DNA of 63,555 nt, counting the filler, from Lenisia limosa (taxonomy: Eukaryota; Protista; Breviatea), in NCBI GenBank assembly GCA_001655205.1. It is 14 parts of 14 records of this genome, joined end to end, with 100 filler letters (N's around TTAATTAATTAA, not from the genome) between each part and the next. Parts side by side here need not be neighbours in the genome. Positions count along the whole stretch, not along the records: positions 60,975 to 63,555 come from LPNZ01011642.1; 13 more parts are not named here. One strand, given 5' to 3'. The translations under genes were made by a program, and so were the position numbers. This document shows, one piece after another, positions 61,109 to 63,555 of the stretch; positions within the stretch are counted from its first letter, which is position 1; the number at the start of each line of letters is the position of its first letter. Below the pieces are notes generated by a model. It was given only the letters and a program-made list of their open reading frames with translations. It was not told where the DNA came from and ran no database searches.

Positions 61109-63321
61109 CTGGACGAGAGAGTTGGCGCCCATGATGAGGGTGGTCAGTGCCTGGATGGCAGGGCGAAGCTCAGCAAAGACCGACTCTAAAGGGGTGAAAT
61201 GGTAATGGAAATGATTGGAAGGAAGATGAGATGGAGTGTATGATACCCAATAGTAAATACCCTGTACCAAGCACACAGCCCAACACAAACATCACAGCCC
61301 CCCCCCCCNNNNNNNNNNNNNNNNNNNNNNNNNNNNNNNNNNNNNNNNNNNNNNNNNNNNNNNNNNNNNNNNNNNNNNNNNNNNNNNNNNNNNNNNNNNN
61401 NNNNNNNNNCTGAGGGCGGGTGAATGGATAGAAACAACAACAAAACAACTCAAAACCTTGTTTCAGCCCATCATTCCATCAATTCCATCAATCACATACA
61501 ATAACAGGGGATAATGAAAAGTAAATGAGATACTATTATAAGAGAATTTCTCAAAAAAAAATGGTGGGGATGCACGAGGCAGTACCCATTCAACAGCCCT
61601 CAGCATACCCGACTTGGATGATGGGCACCTCCTGGTCCAAAGCAGCGAGGGAGAAGAATTGCTCTCCGCTGAACACCATATCGGCATAGATTTCGTCGGC
61701 AATAATCTGCAATGTTAATCTCGAATAAATTTCAACGAAATGCGAATTCGATCCAAATAGTATTACTATTATCATCACTCATAGTATACTATATGATATA
61801 CGTATTTATGCACTGCACTTCAACCTTCAAGTCATGAAGTAGAATGATATTTGGTCTCGGATTATGATTCAAAGCACATATGTACAAATGCCCCTTCTAC
61901 CCACGGGGAGTTGAGCCTCCTTGGCGATGGCCAAAATGTCCTCAAGGTGCTTGCGGGAGTAGTTGGATCCGCAGGGGTTGGAGGGATTGTTGACGAGGAT
62001 GGCTGAGGTCTGGTGGGGGGGGGGGGGTAACAGAAATGCATGACAATAACTACCTCTCTTCGAAATGTGGCTAAGATAGTGATTTCTAGATAATTGGAGC
62101 ATTGTGCGCCTTGCCCACCTTGTCATCAATAAGGCTTCTCATGTGAGCAAGGTCAACCTCCCAGCCCTTATCGGCCTAATCAGTGAGTAGTTGTACTCTG
62201 AAAAAGGTAATACTTCGGCTTGTTGATATGTCTTGAAATCTGACAATAAAACAACTGGGGCAAGTACAACTCCAAATCTCCAATCCCACCTGAAGGGTGT
62301 AAGGGCGAGACTCAATTGAATACGAGTCACAGTGTGTCTCATAGAGGGGGAAGCCGGGACGAGGAATGAGCAGATTGCTTCCTGGATGCAATGAAACCTC
62401 CCCTCCAAAAAAGCAAAAACAAGTTTAGCATTCGGAGAGGTTACCAACGCCCCATTATAGTCCAACGCCCCATTATAATGAGAACATGCAGTCCTTAAAA
62501 TGACTATCAACAATATGTGTCCATACCAGCATCAGCAATGGAGGTGATTGCAAGCTCGAGCGCGGATGAGCAGCCAGAAGTCAGAAACACGTCATCGGCA
62601 GTAACCTCGGATTCAGGCATGCTGGAGATGCCGGCAACTGCAGTACGGGCACCGGGAGTACCTGGTGGGAATGGTAAGAGAAACCTGGTCCACATTATTG
62701 GGGGTAGGAAGTCATGTCCACAATCTGTGTTGTGCGTAAATGGGTATAATGATAGGATGAATATGAGAGAATGTCCCTATTATCACGAAACTAGGCCGTT
62801 ACTCGTGTCATTTTGATGTATATGAAGAGTTTTCGTTGAACCAAGGTAGAGAGGCCCTTCGGACAATCAAAAGGAGCATCGGGAGAGTGTCGGAAATAAA
62901 CCTCTACCACTTATCCCCCCCCCCCTCACCAAAAGATGGGACATAACCGTTAGCCTTCTTGNNNNNNNNNNNNNNNNNNNNNNNNNNNNNNNNNNNNNNN
63001 NNNNNNNNNNNNNNNNNNNNNNNNNNNNNNNNNNNNNNNNNNNNNNNNNNNNNNNNNATGCGATGAGCCACCCATGTCCCCAACCAACTCAACAATAGCC
63101 TCGGAGCAAGAGTCAGGGATTTGAAGGTTGGGGAAGGCGGTGGGGTCGCCGATGGAGAGGGAAAGGAACTCCTTGTCGGACTGAGGCATCTTGATGCTGT
63201 CAACGATCTTGCGGATAGGGTTGGAGGTACTGAGAGCATGCTGAGAAGGCTGCACGACCTTGTACTAAAATTTTGTTAAAAATTGTCCTGGTGAAAGGCT
63301 AGAAGAGCCATGGATTACCAT
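61109..63321 (-). CDS. TAT: Tyrosine aminotransferase, 3' end cut at join 60919
   Basis: TSNPIRKIVD, LSLSIGDPT, NGYVPSFG, DVFLTSGCSSALELAI, NLLIPRPGFPLY, GWEVDL, ILVNNPSNPCGS, IIADEIYADMVF. Confidence 0.95.
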
Positions 63322-63555
63322 AAGTGGAGCACAGCGAGAGAAACTTCTCGATAAAAGAGTCGAGCCAACGCCCGCAAGATATTGTCCTGCTAACATCGCC
63401 ATATCTTCTTCTATTAATAAAAAATGACAATAGCGAGAAGAAACAGAAAAATTTCAATAAAAATGTATTGATCCTATGATCAAGTCGGGCTATTTATCCG
63501 GGTCAGCTCGCCACGGGGTGGTGCCCTAAGGGTAAAATACTATACAATTATGGTC

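Noticed and set aside
823-63255. Most entries of the supplied ORF track as genes
   Set aside because: They run through N gaps, introns or repeats; the real coding sequence is split into 40-250 nt exons.
1-63555. Non-canonical introns or an alternative genetic code
   Set aside because: Every junction I could reconstruct in conserved genes is GT-AG and translates correctly with the standard code.

Overview
This is an intron-rich eukaryotic (protist-like) genomic window, not a prokaryotic one. It is an artificial concatenation of 14 small scaffolds joined by 100-nt N-blocks containing TTAATTAATTAA, so most genes are cut at these joins and neighbours across a join are not real neighbours. I rebuilt genes by hand from GT-AG exons. 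Recognisable genes are an IQCE-like coiled-coil protein, a DCAF5-like WD40 protein, RRP5, an inosine/uridine nucleoside hydrolase, a bacterial-type ROK fructokinase, a TRP-C-like multipass membrane protein, glucosamine-6-phosphate deaminase, a kinase C-terminus, a decayed intron-containing pogo/Fot1 transposase, a 16-exon ankyrin array with one repeat per 99-nt exon, Arp3, a calponin-homology protein and tyrosine aminotransferase. Introns are packed with short repeats: hAT-type MITEs with 8-bp target-site duplications (TSDs), Tc1-type MITEs with TA TSDs, and others. The most unusual signal is a ~90-140 bp dispersed element ('family C'). It lies almost always in the sense orientation of its host gene and usually runs directly into the C-rich 3' splice site, in a genome whose introns tend to start with G-runs and end with C-runs. 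All calls are by eye. Homology statements come from remembered family motifs, not database searches, and many coordinates are approximate.
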